Source of the DNA: the human T2T-CHM13v2.0 reference genome, Homo sapiens
Strand: one strand, 5' to 3'
Length of the DNA: 64,000 nt
Assembly (NCBI RefSeq): GCF_009914755.1
Contig: NC_060947.1
The notes under the pieces are model-generated. The model was given only the letters and a program-made list of their open reading frames with translations. It had not been told where the DNA came from and searched no databases. Below are positions 52,590-64,000 of this stretch, in pieces. Both the position numbers and the translations under genes were made by a program. How positions within the stretch are numbered: the stretch's first letter is position 1; each line of letters starts with the position of its first letter.

Positions 52590-53879
52590 CTCTACCTACC
52601 TATCTAGCTAATTTGCTAGCTAGCTACCTACAGAGTTATCTACTTACTTATCTACCTACCTGTCCACCTACTTGTTTGTCTACTATCTACTGAATATGGC
52701 CTAAGTACCTATCTATATTCCTTTCTACCTGCTAACCTACCTACCTACCTATATATCTGCCTATCTATTTAGCTACCTACCCACCTACCTACCTCTCTAC
52801 CTCTCTATTTATGTGTCTGTCTACTACTTACTAAATATGACGTAGTACCTATCTATTATATATATTATAGATCTTCCTACCTAGTAACATACCTAGTATC
52901 TACTTATCTACATATCTACGTACCTACTTAGCTACCTACCTAACCACTTACCTACTAACTGAGCTAAATATATTCTCACCTACCTATATACCTACCTGCC
53001 TGTTTACTACTTACTAAATATGACCTAAGTACCTATCTATATGCCTTCCTATCTACTAAGCTACCTACCTATGTAGCTAGTTAGCTAGCTACATACCAAC
53101 CTCTACCTACATACTTATCTACTTATGTATATACCTACCTACCTACTTATAAATAAACATACCTACCTAACTATCCACCTATCTCCCCTACCTACCTATC
53201 TATCCACTGACCTGTGTACTACCTACTAAATATTACCTAAGTACCTATCTATATACCTTTCTACCTACTAAGCTACCTACTTACCTAGCTAGTTAGCTAC
53301 CTACCTACCAACCTATACCTATATGATATCTACTAATTATAAACTTACCTACCTATCCACCTATCTACCTACCTACCTACCTATCCACCTATCTACCTAC
53401 CTACCTATCTACCTACTAAATATGACCTAAGTACCTATGTATATACCTTTATACCTATTAAGCTACCTATCTACCTAGCTAGTTAGCTACCTACATACCA
53501 ACATATACCTACATACTTATCTGCTTAACTATCTACTACTTATGAATATACTTACCTATCCACTTATCTACCCTACCTACCTATCTACCTACTTGTTTAC
53601 TACCTAGTAAATATGACCTAAGTACCTATCTGTTTACCTTTCTACCTACTAACCTACCTAGCTACCTACCCACCTACCTATTTACCTACTTACTTACCTA
53701 ACAATCCATCTACCTATTTGCCTACCAGTCTAAGTACCATGTTTACTACCAACTAAATATGGCCTAAGAACCTATCTATATACCTTTTTACCTACTAACC
53801 TACCTACCTACCTACTTACCCACCTACCTATATCAAACTAGCTAGCTACCTACATCCTTACTACCTATCTATCTACCTA
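52590..53879. repeat. (TACC/TATC)-derived compound array with a higher-order 141-212 bp period
   Basis: Core ACTAAATATGACCTAAGTACCTATCTATATACCTTTCTACCTACTAA recurs at 52689, 52830, 53013, 53225, 53415, 53606 and 53752. Confidence 0.92.
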
Positions 53880-55896
53880 TGGGAAATCTGGATCCCAAAA
53901 AAAGTGAGTTTTGGAAACCACATCCTAGCCCCTGTTATTATATTGCCAGGTTAAGATGTAGTTCTGTTTTATTTTTGTATTAATTCCTCTGTGGCAACAC
54001 TCACATCCTGTCATTCATACTTCTGGTAAAGCGTACAACTGGCTTGGGCAGTGATGATTGCAGGGAACCTTAGCCACTGCTGTTGGCCTGAATCCCCCAC
54101 TCTCTGGGTCCTTGCATCTGCCCATTGTTCAGCCATTTGTGCCTAGTCTTGGCTGCCCCTGCTGGGCACCAGTCAACATTATAGGGCTCTGATGATAAAC
54201 AACTTAACAGTTTCCCTGATGCCCTTTGTAAAACGCATACTCACTTACACCATGCTTCACACATTGATTTGAAAAAAGAGATTCAGTACCTTATTTAAAT
54301 ACACCACCAATTTAGTAAAAGACATGACACAAAGCATTGAGTTATCAAATCACATCCTCTGGAGTCAGCCAGGTCAGGCTTTACTGAGGATATTAGAGGC
54401 ATGAGTAATTTTGCAGTATAGTAAACTAGAGATATTTGTTTTCCTCCATCAAGACTCCTCAAGTTTCCTCTTCTCTCATTGCATGTTTCTAGACCAGGTT
54501 GATGGATGAGGTTTCTAACAAAAACCCATGACCATTTTACCATGAAAAAGAAATATTTGGGGTCATGGAATATCTTTTTTTTTCCTCAGTTGCACAGCTT
54601 AGGTGAAGGTTTCCAGGGAGCTATGTCACATAGATCCATAGATGTCATGTTTCCTTGCCATAAAACAAACCTAAAGAACTAGGTACGTCGTGCTAAACCA
54701 TTCCATAGATAAGAATTGTCTTGCTAGCAAGAACCACTTGGTTGCCTCACTATGAGGTCTGCTAGGAGTATAATTAGAATGAAATGAGCCTGAATCTCTT
54801 GTGTTAACCCCCACACTAAAGGAAATGGATGGGTAGAAAACCTATTACTTTAATTGTTGGCTTCCCAGTGAAGAAACCTAAGATTTTTACTGTTATTAAC
54901 ATGTACAGGCACTATCTCAACGCAACACACTCTCTCTTTCTCTCTCTCTACTTAGTTAGCTTTAAGCCTTCTAAGTCTGTAAAGTATACTTTATCATGTC
55001 AGAAAAGAAGTTTGTAGTCAATTTTAACATTATTAGAATAGTGATATTTAATATCTAGGATTTAATTGTGCTACATTAGTTTTTCAAGCAATTAGAATAA
55101 TAAAGTTTTCTAAAAGAGATCTAAAGCTGTCATTAAAGGGAAAATCAACATCTTTGAATTATTAATAAAAATTGCTTAGCAACCTGTTCCAATAAATAAT
55201 AATAATATCAACAATAAATAATAAAACATCCCCCCGGCAATTTTTTATTATTGATTACAAATGAAACTAATGTGTCATTTGTTGGTGAAAATAATATTAA
55301 AGTGAGCAATAAGCCATTTTTAAGCAATAATAAAAAATGTGATTTTTTATTAGCTTTGTTTTGCTTTCATTTCTTCTGCTACTGAATTATTTGATATTTT
55401 ATGAATTGGTTGATGTTTGCCATTGGTAGACGTTCAAAAGAAAATAGAAATAGAAGATTATTCTCTTTCATAATGTTTGCATTAGTAATGTTGCCTCTAT
55501 TTAAAGAATCTGTAAATCCTACAATATATGAAATTGTCGCCGTGATAACCAATCTTTGATTCATTGGGTTTACTCTGTTAGTAGCCACCCTCCATTTTTT
55601 GCATGATAGAAGGTGGATTGGACTTTAGTCCATTCTTCATCTTTATGTACAGAAGTGCAAAAACCATTTTAGCTAAATGGGCCCTTCTGGTTTTAGAGCT
55701 TTGACTTAACAATTCATTAGTGACCTCTACAGTAGGTTGAGGGGCTAGTTTGTAAGACAGTGAAGAGCACCATATCAACTGCCTATTTGGTAATTTAGTC
55801 TAAGCTTTGGATTTCCCACTGGTTGAGATATAATTTTGAGTGGACTTTTAGATGAGAATTTAAAGGGTTGATAAAGACATCTCTAAAGATGACCAG

Positions 55897-56193
55897 GGCC
55901 TGGGCGTGGTGGCTCACGCCTGTAATCCCAACGCTTTGGGAGGCTGAGGCGAGTGGATCACCTAAGGTCAGGAGTTCGAGACCAGCCTGGCCAACATGGT
56001 GAAACCCCATCTCTACTAAAAATACAAAAATTAGCTGGGTGCAGTGGCAGGCACCTGTAATCTCAGCTACTCAGGAGGCTGAGGGAGGAGATTCACCTGA
56101 ACCTGGGAGGAAGAATTTGCAGTGATCAGAGATGTCACCATCGTACTCCAGCCTGGGCAACAAGAGTGAAACTCCATTTCAAAAAAAGAAAAA
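55897..56193 (+). mobile_element. Alu (AluSx/Sq-type)
   Basis: Full Alu; TSD GATGACCAGG at 55888-55897 and 56195-56204. Confidence 0.95.
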
Positions 56194-57374
56194 GGATGAC
56201 CAGGAGCAAATTAATCACATGAATTCCATCTTGCTCAAAAGATTTTACAATCAGGAAAAGCATGAAAAAAAATCTGAGCAAAAAGACAAAAAGGATAATT
56301 ACATGTCTTTGCTATTTAGTTCTACTCCTCTTTTCCTTGTATCTTTTTGTATATCCACCTCTGCAGTCTACTGGTACCTCTATGTTCAGATCCAATATCA
56401 TGACCTGCCCTTGGGATTCTCTCACTCTTGCTCTTGGTCTCACCTCTACATTCCAATGTCTTACATAGCTTTACCAAAAACAAGCAAAAATCCTTAGAGA
56501 TCCTTGATGTTTTTCTTCTTATTCATGGTTCAGTAAATGTCTGTAGAATCAAACTCTTCTGCTATATTGATTCAATCATTTATTTTCTCTCATCGATTTG
56601 TTCTATAAGAGTCACAGACTTCACCTTCCTGAGTCCTAAGAATTTGTAGATACACGATGGAATGTTTCCCAGTGGTAATTGGTTAGGAGCTGCTACATGT
56701 TACATTTATTGTTGTAATTTGAGTGGAACCTTCTGTCAGAGAAGCTCTGTCCAATGCATGAAGGGACTATCTGGGTTGCTATGTTTCATGTGCAATTACA
56801 GATGACTTTCTCTTGAATTTCCATCTGGGATGTCTTCTGTAGATCCCATGACAAATCATGTTGTCACACATGTTATTAAAGAAATTCAAGACCATCTCAT
56901 CCCATGAGGTCTATAGATCCCCTTATCTGACACAAATTCTTTATCTCCCAAAGTTCTCAATTTCTGGAAGCTTCCACTTGCCTTGTGGCACTCATAAATT
57001 TTTTAACAAAATTCTTCTTACCATAAACACTTTTTGAATGTTTCCTTTACTTTCTTTTTCTCATTGAAAGCTTGGCCCTTCCTTGGCGGGGTAAAAATTT
57101 GTTGGCAGCATCCTTCAATAGAGACAGTCTCGTTTTCAATTTTCTCATCCCTAGTGCTAGAGGTGGCATGGTGTCTTTTTGCCTGCTGACACCCTTCTCC
57201 AGAATCTCCTCTTTTAAAAAGGCCAGCTTTGGAGCTCATGACATTGGCCATGTGGCCATGTCAATTTCCCTCTCCCTCCAAGGGACAGCCATTCAAGGAA
57301 TCCATTGTTTGTTGAAAATTTTAGCATGGGATTCACAAACACTACTTCTGTTTTAGTAACTGAAGATTTTAAAA

Positions 57375-57537
57375 TTCATGGGGTTTCAACCTCAGGTACA
57401 TATTGACATCTTGGAGGAGCTTTACAAAATAATAAAGCCTGCTCTCTGTCCCCAGAGAGATTCAGATTCTGTGACTTGGGCTCTGCTTTCAGAAGTTTCC
57501 CAACTGAACATGATGCATAGCCAGGATTGAAAACTAC
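57375..57537. mobile_element. MER5-like MITE
   Basis: CCCCAGAGAGATTCAGATTC...CCAGGATTGAAAACTAC. Confidence 0.55.
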
Positions 57538-57549
57538 ACACATAAATGG

Positions 57550-57790
57550 TCTTTTCAATACCTTGGCATTTCCATTTATTTATCTCTTGCATAGATTTCC
57601 TTGTTCCTAACTCTGACGTGCATTCCTATATTCTCGACCTTCTCATTACTCACAACCAAAAACATAGACAATCTTTCCAATGCCTTTGTATTTCCATTTC
57701 TTTATGTCTTCTCTTGCATGTTTTTCCTTGTTCCTGACTCTGGCATGCATGCCCATACTCTCCACCTTCTCATCACTCATCACTCTGACA
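57550..57790. repeat. Diverged ~122-127 bp tandem duplication
   Basis: Copies start near 57550 and 57672; shared TCTCTTGCAT...TTTCCTTGTTCCTRACTCTG...ACCTTCTCATYACTCA. Confidence 0.85.
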
Positions 57791-58529
57791 CCAGTTTTAA
57801 TGATTAACATCCTCTAATTACCATTTATCACTTTTTCATTTGTGTTCCTCACACTGACAGTCTTCAGCTCTGCTAAGACTGAAACTTACTGTTTTTTGTT
57901 TGATTTTTAGCACTGCATTGCTATCTTTTGCCCTGTTCCTGTTCTTATGGCCACTCTTACCTATCTTCAATGACAAGTACCATCATGCTACTCCTTGCTT
58001 GCCTTCACCTATGACTCCCTTTACCCTCTGGAAGGAAACCGCACTTGAAAAAAAGAAAAAAATTACAGTGACAGATTGGTATATTATTATACAAGATAGA
58101 CTAGGCGATGCTGCAGTAATGAAAATCATATACTAATTTGCAGTCCCTTAAGCTAGCAAGGGTTTATTTCTAACTCTTGACAACTGTTCAGAGAAGCTAT
58201 TTCCCATGCAGATGGCAGTGTTCCTAATTTGTAGCTCAACAATCTGAAACAGGTGGCCTCCTTAGTGTATACAGGAAAGGAATTAGTGAGAAATAGGTGA
58301 ATGATCTCACTCAATAGCCAGGAGCCTGAGACATGCAGTCTCTATATGTCTGGAGGGGAAGACAATCCTTTATTGATGGATACTAGTAATTGTCAGGGAT
58401 TTTGGGGGGTTTACAGATTATATTATTAATTTTTTCAATTATCCTACTTTATTCTAGATTGGGGATAACAGGCAATAACAATATATTATTAGGTAACACA
58501 GTGAATTGACTTCTCTACTAATCCCTTAA

Positions 58530-58889
58530 TTTTTTTTTTAATTTCAATAGTTTTGAGGGAAAAGGTGGTGTTTTGTTGCTTGGAAAAGTTCTTTAGCAGT
58601 GATTTCTGAGATTTTGCTACACCCATCAACAGAGCAGTGTACACTGTACCCAATATGTGGTCTTTTACCCTCACCCTGCTTCCATCCTTCTCCCCAAGTC
58701 CCCAAAGTTTAGTATATCATTCTTATGCCTTTGCATCCTCATAGCTTAGCTCCCATTTATAAGTGAGAACATATAATATTAGGTTTTCCATTCCTGAGTT
58801 ACTTTACTTAAAATAATGGTCTCCAACCCCATCCAGGTTGCTGCGAATACCATTATTTTGTTCCTTCTTATGACTGAGTAGTATTCCAT

Positions 58890-58932
<43 letters not shown>

Positions 58933-59750
58933 ATATGTATATATGTGTGTGTGTGTGTATATATATAACTTTTTCTTTATCCACTTGTTGGTTGATGGGC
59001 ATTTAGGCTGGTTCCATATTTTTGCAATTGCAAATTTTGCTGCTGTAAACATGCATGTCCAAGTGTCTTTTTTATATATACACGGACTTATTTTCCTCTG
59101 GGTAGATACACTGTAGTGGGATTGGTGAATAAAATGGCAATTGTGAAGGTTAATATTGAATTCAACTTGATTGGATTGAAGAATGCAAGGTATTGTTCCT
59201 GGGTGTGTCTATGAGGGTGTTGCCAAAGGAGATTAACATTTGAGTTGGTGGAATGGGAGAGGCAGACCCGCGTTATTCTGGGTGGGCACCATCTAGTCAA
59301 CTGTCAGTGCAGCTAGGATAGAAGCAGGCAGAGGAACGTGGAAGAACTAGACTGGCTGAGTTTTCTGGCCTCCATCTTTCTCCTGTGCTGGATGCTTCGT
59401 GCCCTCGAACACTGGCCTACAACTTTTGGACTTTTGGACTTAACACCAGTGGTTTGCCAGAGGCTTTCAGGCCATCAGCCACAGACTGAAGGCTGCACTG
59501 TTGGCTTCCCTATTTTTGAGCTTTTGGGACTCGGACTGGCTTCCTTGCTCCTAAACTCCCTTTCATATTACATCTAGCCTATTAGTCCTGTCCCTCTAGG
59601 AAACCCTGGCTAATACAGTAGTTCTTTTAGTTTTTCAAGGAATCTCCATACTGTTTTCCACAGTGGTTGTACTAGTTTACATTCCTGCCAGCAGTGAACA
59701 AGTGTCTCCTTTTCACCACTTCCATGCCAACATCTGTTATTTTTTTATTT
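58530..59750 (-). mobile_element. L1PB-type 3' end with (TA)/(TG) tract, interrupted by MLT2A
   Basis: AAGTTCTTTAGCAGTGATTTCTGAGATTTT; resumes GTAGTTCTTTTAGTTTTTCAAGGAATCTCCATACTG after the LTR. Confidence 0.9.
59142..59617 (+). mobile_element. MLT2A1-like ERVL solo LTR with internal deletion
   Basis: TGTGAAGGTTAATATTG...CAACTTGATTGGATTGAAG...CCCTGGCTAATACA, as in recalled MLT2A1 consensus. Confidence 0.9.
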
Positions 59751-60989
59751 TGACCAGAGTATGATTGAGCTCATTTTCTTGATCAGGAATTGAAGGTCAG
59801 AGTTGTTATCTAATTTATTCAAACTTCTCTACCGGTGAGAATGATGAGATATGAATAAAGGTTTGCCTTATAACCACCACGAGTTCTACTCCAATAGCAG
59901 AGGAATAATTTATCCCACAAGAGAATGCCACACCTGGTTTAGAGGTGTGATTTGAAGATCAGTTTTATGTTCCCTCTTCCTGTATTCATTGGTGATAAGC
60001 ACTTCAATTTTTAGCATCTTCTGAACTGGCTTCCTTTTGGTTCCCAAAGCTCCTGGTTGTTCCATCCTGAACAGATTCGTATATTTGAGTTGTTTTCCTG
60101 ACCAAGGAAGCCATCTGAGTTTGTGGTTCTGCCCTTTAACCTCTATAAAGCACAATCACCTAAGATGCAGTAACCCAAGGCAAGCTTATTTTAGTGGAAT
60201 ATCAGTCCTGTCTGCTAGCTAGCTTTAAAACAAAGGCCTCCACAATTAACTTTGTTTAATCTCTTGCCAACCAGCTGAAAAAGTACAATCAAAACTGATG
60301 ACTTATTTTATTTTTTAAGACCTTAATCCTGCAAATATTAGACCGGCCATGGCACACAAGCCTTGAATAAATCAGTTGAAAAAAATTTTCATTTAAATGA
60401 CCAGCATTTATAAAATTCATAAAAGACCAGCAGTCATAAAATGTCCTCTTTGCTTGGTCTCCTGATCTTAGTGAACTGATATTACCCTTTCCAATAAATA
60501 ATGTTTCAGGATTATGAGTGCTTTATTCTGTTGATCTCTTCCCTCCAAGGAGCAGAGTGGGTGTCAGGGAGCATCTACTTAATGTCTGAACTTCACTGTG
60601 TCTGGATTTAGCTTCCAGCTTCAGATACATTTTGGTTTTAATTGTGTTTAACTTTTAATGACTACAAACAAAGCCCAGCAAAATAAAATTCATCTACCAT
60701 TGCATCTGAGGGAGAGGTCCTCCAAAAATCAATTGCACTTAGTTAAAACATCATCTGTCGCATTAAATAGATCACTAACTATGGATCCAATTCTCCTCCT
60801 TGCAGTCTTGTCTCAGGAAATTGTTTGGAAAAGCATATTCAGACCTTCAAGGTCATGGTCTGGGACATTATGTAGTCCTGGATTGAATGAGCTATTTTGA
60901 AATATACCATAAATTCTTTATAACTATTGTCCCCCTACTGTGCTACTGAACACTAGAACTTCTTATTTTTTCTAGCAAATTGTATTCTT

Positions 60990-61284
60990 ATTTTTTATTT
61001 TTTTAGAGAAGGGGTTTTCCCTGTTGTCCAGGCTGGAGTGCAGTGGTGTGATTGTAGCTCACTGCAGCCTCAGACTCCAAGGCTCAAGCGATCCTCCCAC
61101 CTCATTCATCCTTCAAAGTAGCTGAGACAACACCATGCTCAGCCAAACTTAATTTTGTGTGTGTGTGTGGAGACAGAGTCTTGCTGTGTTGCTTAGTCTG
61201 ATCTCAAACTCTTGACCTCAAGCAATCGCCCTGTTTCAGCCTCCTAAAGTGCTGGGTCTATAGGCACAAACCACCTCACCTGGC
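60990..61284 (-). mobile_element. Alu (AluJ-type), degraded
   Basis: GTAGCTCACTGCAGCCTC...GGCTCAAGCGATCCTCCCACCTCA. Confidence 0.9.
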
Positions 61285-61639
61285 TCCTAACTGTATTTTT
61301 GTGCTTATTATCTCAAGGTCATTTAAAATTTCTCTAAACGATATAGTTCTGTGGAGAAGATCCTTCACATCTGTCATTATATTAGTTCCTAGGTACATGG
61401 TGTTTTTAAGATATTGGAAGCATCCCCTTATAAAATTCATTTTGCTATTTGTTCCTGACTCTGTTAATATCAGCAGGTGTGCAATGGGCTGAGCTGTTTT
61501 GCTGGAGTAGGAGGTGTAGCTGCATGACACTGATCCTGATTGAACATCTCTGGATGAACTTGTTAAAAATACACTCTTGAGTCCTACCTCCCTCCTGAAT
61601 TTGGTCCCAAAATATTTCCCACCTAAACAAAAAAGTTAT

Positions 61640-62420
61640 ACTATTACTCTAACAGTTGCACAGACTAAAAATCTTTCTTCTGCCGTTTTATGAATAACCC
61701 ACACTCAAATCTATCAACTTAACTCTATCTGCTCGCCTTTTAAAATATATCCAGAACAAATACTTTCCAGTGCCATAATACTGTCTTTTTCATACCCCAT
61801 CGCCTTTTCCACTGCCAGTTATGATAGCCTCATATCAGTCTTCTTTCTGTTATCCTTGTCCTCCTTCAGTCTGTAGTTGGAGTGATCTTTTTAAAAACTG
61901 AATAAGGGAACACCTCTACTTTTCTCAAAACCCTCCAAGGATTCCTATCTCACCAGGGTAGAAACAAGTCCTTAGAAGGCCTACAAGACCCTCATCCACC
62001 TCTCTTCCCATTCTCTCTCATTTCTTTTTGTCAACTCCATTTTCTGTGTTCCAACCACACTTCTGCCCACATTTCCTCAAACGTCACAATCCCACTGCTA
62101 TATTAGGAGTTTTGTCTTTGCCATTTCTGTTCCTTTGTTCTTGCATGCTCTTCCCAGCAGCTATCAACATCGTGTGCTTTCTCACTTCCTTCAAAATATA
62201 ACATTTTCAGAGAGGTATTCCCAAACTACTTTCTACAAAAGTTCTCTGTGACTTGCCACTCTCAATATTGTGGATTTTCTTTCCAATTATTACGGTTACC
62301 TGAATAAAGACATATTCATTTGTTCATTACCATTCTTCCCCTACTAGAACGTGAATTTCATAAAAGATGAGCTTTATTTGTTCTGCATGGTGTAGTATCT
62401 CAAATGCTTAGGAGTGTGCT
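61640..62420 (+). mobile_element. L2 3' region
   Basis: AAAATATATCCAGAA, CTCAAAACCCTCCAAGG, GGCCTACAAGACCCT, CTACTAGAACGTGAATTTCAT. Confidence 0.75.
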
Positions 62421-62437
62421 CCACCTATAGAATAGTA

Positions 62438-62473
62438 TTATTGTTGGTGCAAAAGTAATTGCGGTTTTTTTGC
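62438..62473. mobile_element. Half of a MADE1 mariner MITE
   Basis: GTTGGTGCAAAAGTAATTGCGGTTTTT is one MADE1 terminal inverted repeat; its partner is not in the window. Confidence 0.85.
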
Positions 62474-62483
62474 AAAAAAAAAA

Positions 62484-62790
62484 AATATGGAACCAGCCCA
62501 AATGCCCACCAATCAATGAGTGGATAAAGCAACTGTGTTGTATATTTATACAATGAAATACTACTCAGCCATAAAAACCAATGAGTTAATGGTATTTTCA
62601 GCAACCTGGATGGAACTGGAGACTATTATTCTAAGTAACTCAGTAATGGAAAACCAAACATCATATGTTCTCACTCACAAGTAGGAGCTAAGCTATGAGG
62701 AGGCAAAGGCATAAGAATGATAGAATGAACTTTGGGGGCTTGACGGAAAGAGTGGGAGGGGGTGAGGGATTAAAAAACTACAAATTTGGT
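62484..62790 (+). mobile_element. L1PB-type 3'UTR fragment running directly into a minisatellite
   Basis: ATATGGAACCAGCCCAAATGCCCA...GAGCTAAGCTATGAGGAGGCAAAGGCATAAGAATGATA...ACTACAAAT. Confidence 0.9.
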
Positions 62791-64000
62791 TCTGCACAGG
62801 AGAGAAACAGGAAGTGTGTCCTGCACAGGGAAGACAGGAGGTGTGTTGCACACAACGGAGGAACAGAATGTGTGTGCTGCACAGGGGAGAAACAGGAAGT
62901 GTGTCATGTACAGGGGAGGAATGGAAAGTGTGTCCTGCACAGAGGAGAAACAGGAAGTATCTTTGTCTCAGGAGAATAACAGGAAGAGTGTCCTGCACAA
63001 GGAAGACACAGGAAGTGTGTCAAGAAGAGGGGCAACAAAGGAAGTGTGTCAAGAAGAGGGGCAACAAAGGAAGCGTGTCCTGCAAAGAGGAGGAACAGAA
63101 AGTGTGGCCTACACAAGAGCAGGAGCAGAAAGTGTGTCCTGCACAGGGGAGACACAGGAAGTGTATGCTGCACAGAAGAGGAACAGAAAGTGTGTCTGTC
63201 TCAGGAGGGTAACAAGAAGTGTTTCCTGCATAGGGAAGAAACAGAAAGTGTGTCATGCACATGGCAGTAACAGAAAGTGTGTCATGCACAGAAGAGGAGT
63301 GGAAAGTGTGTGCTACACAAGAAAGAAGCAGGAAGTGTGTCATCTACAGGGAAGAACAGGAAGTGTGTCATGAACAGAAGAGACACAGAAAGTGTGTCCT
63401 GCACAGTAGAGAAGCAGGAAGTGTGTCATGAACAGAGGAGAAACAGAAAGTGTGTGCTACACTGAGAAACAACAGAAGGAGTGTCATTCACAGAGGAGGC
63501 ACAGGAAGTGTGTCTTGCACAGGGGAGAAACAGAAAATGTGTCATGCACAGAGGAGGAATGGAAAGCATGTGCTACACAGGGGAGAAACAGGAAGGATGT
63601 CATGCACAGGAGAGACAAAGGAAGTGTGTCCTTCACAGCGGAGAAACAGGAAGTGTGTCACGCACAGAGGAGGAACAGAAAGTGTGTCCTGCACTGGAAA
63701 AAAAACAGGAAGTGTGTTCTGCACAGGGGAGAAACAAGAAGTGTGTCCTGCATACCGGAAGAACAGAAAGTGTGTACTGCACAGGGAAGAAACAGGAAGT
63801 ATGTCCTCCACATGGAAAAAACAGGAAGTGTGTCATGCACATTGGAGTAAACAGAAAATGTGTCATGTACAGAAGAGGAATGGAAAGTATGTGCTACACA
63901 GAAAAGAAAGAAAAAGTCAGTCCCCCACACGGAAGAAACTGGAAATGTGTCATGCACAGGAGATACACAGGAAGTGTGTCATGCACAGAGGAGTAACAAA
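62791..64000. repeat. 29-bp minisatellite (about 42 diverged units in window, runs off the end)
   Basis: Consensus about GCACAGGGGAGAAACAGGAAGTGTGTCCT; GCAC at 62794 and 62823 gives period 29. Confidence 0.95.

Noticed and set aside
52590-53879. CRISPR-like repeat/spacer appearance
   Set aside because: Primate DNA; spacers are related TACC microsatellite of variable length, not unique sequences; no cas genes.
54000-55890. Repeat-poor stretch as a possible exon or pseudogene
   Set aside because: No recognisable protein similarity, poly(A)/TSD or convincing splice pair by eye; a conservation track would be needed.
62438-62473. MADE1 as a miR-548-type precursor
   Set aside because: Only one arm is present, so the hairpin cannot form locally.
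62693-63996. Cys/Arg/Lys-rich ORFs up to 195 aa on both strands
   Set aside because: They lie in the 29-bp minisatellite, whose unit lacks stop codons; all frames give the same cycling peptides.

Overview
Primate (human-like) non-coding genomic DNA, AT-rich and dominated by interspersed repeats. It contains about 14 Alus, about 16 short primate-era L1 3' ends plus older L1M/L2/MIR, MaLR/ERVL/ERV1 solo LTRs (MER41B, THE1, MST, MLT2A1, MER21-, MER93- and MER65-like) and DNA transposon fossils (MER75, Charlie1, MER1A, MER20, MER53, Tigger2a, MADE1). I found no credible protein-coding gene, RNA gene or CRISPR array; ORFs in the supplied track are repeat-derived, low-complexity or chance. Family names come from recalled consensus sequences, not a database search, and boundaries without a stated TSD are approximate. 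The best second-look items are: (1) a 29-bp minisatellite at the window end that is a dense array of ETS, ETS-IRF and ISRE-like motifs; (2) a (TACC)-derived array with seven copies of a conserved ~50-bp core; (3) an old inverted duplication of a Charlie1 segment; (4) a MER41B LTR with both GAS/STAT1 sites intact; (5) an MLT2A1 LTR with a DUX4-type site but no poly(A) signal; (6) many local templated or tandem duplications. I cannot support a novel protein-coding system here.
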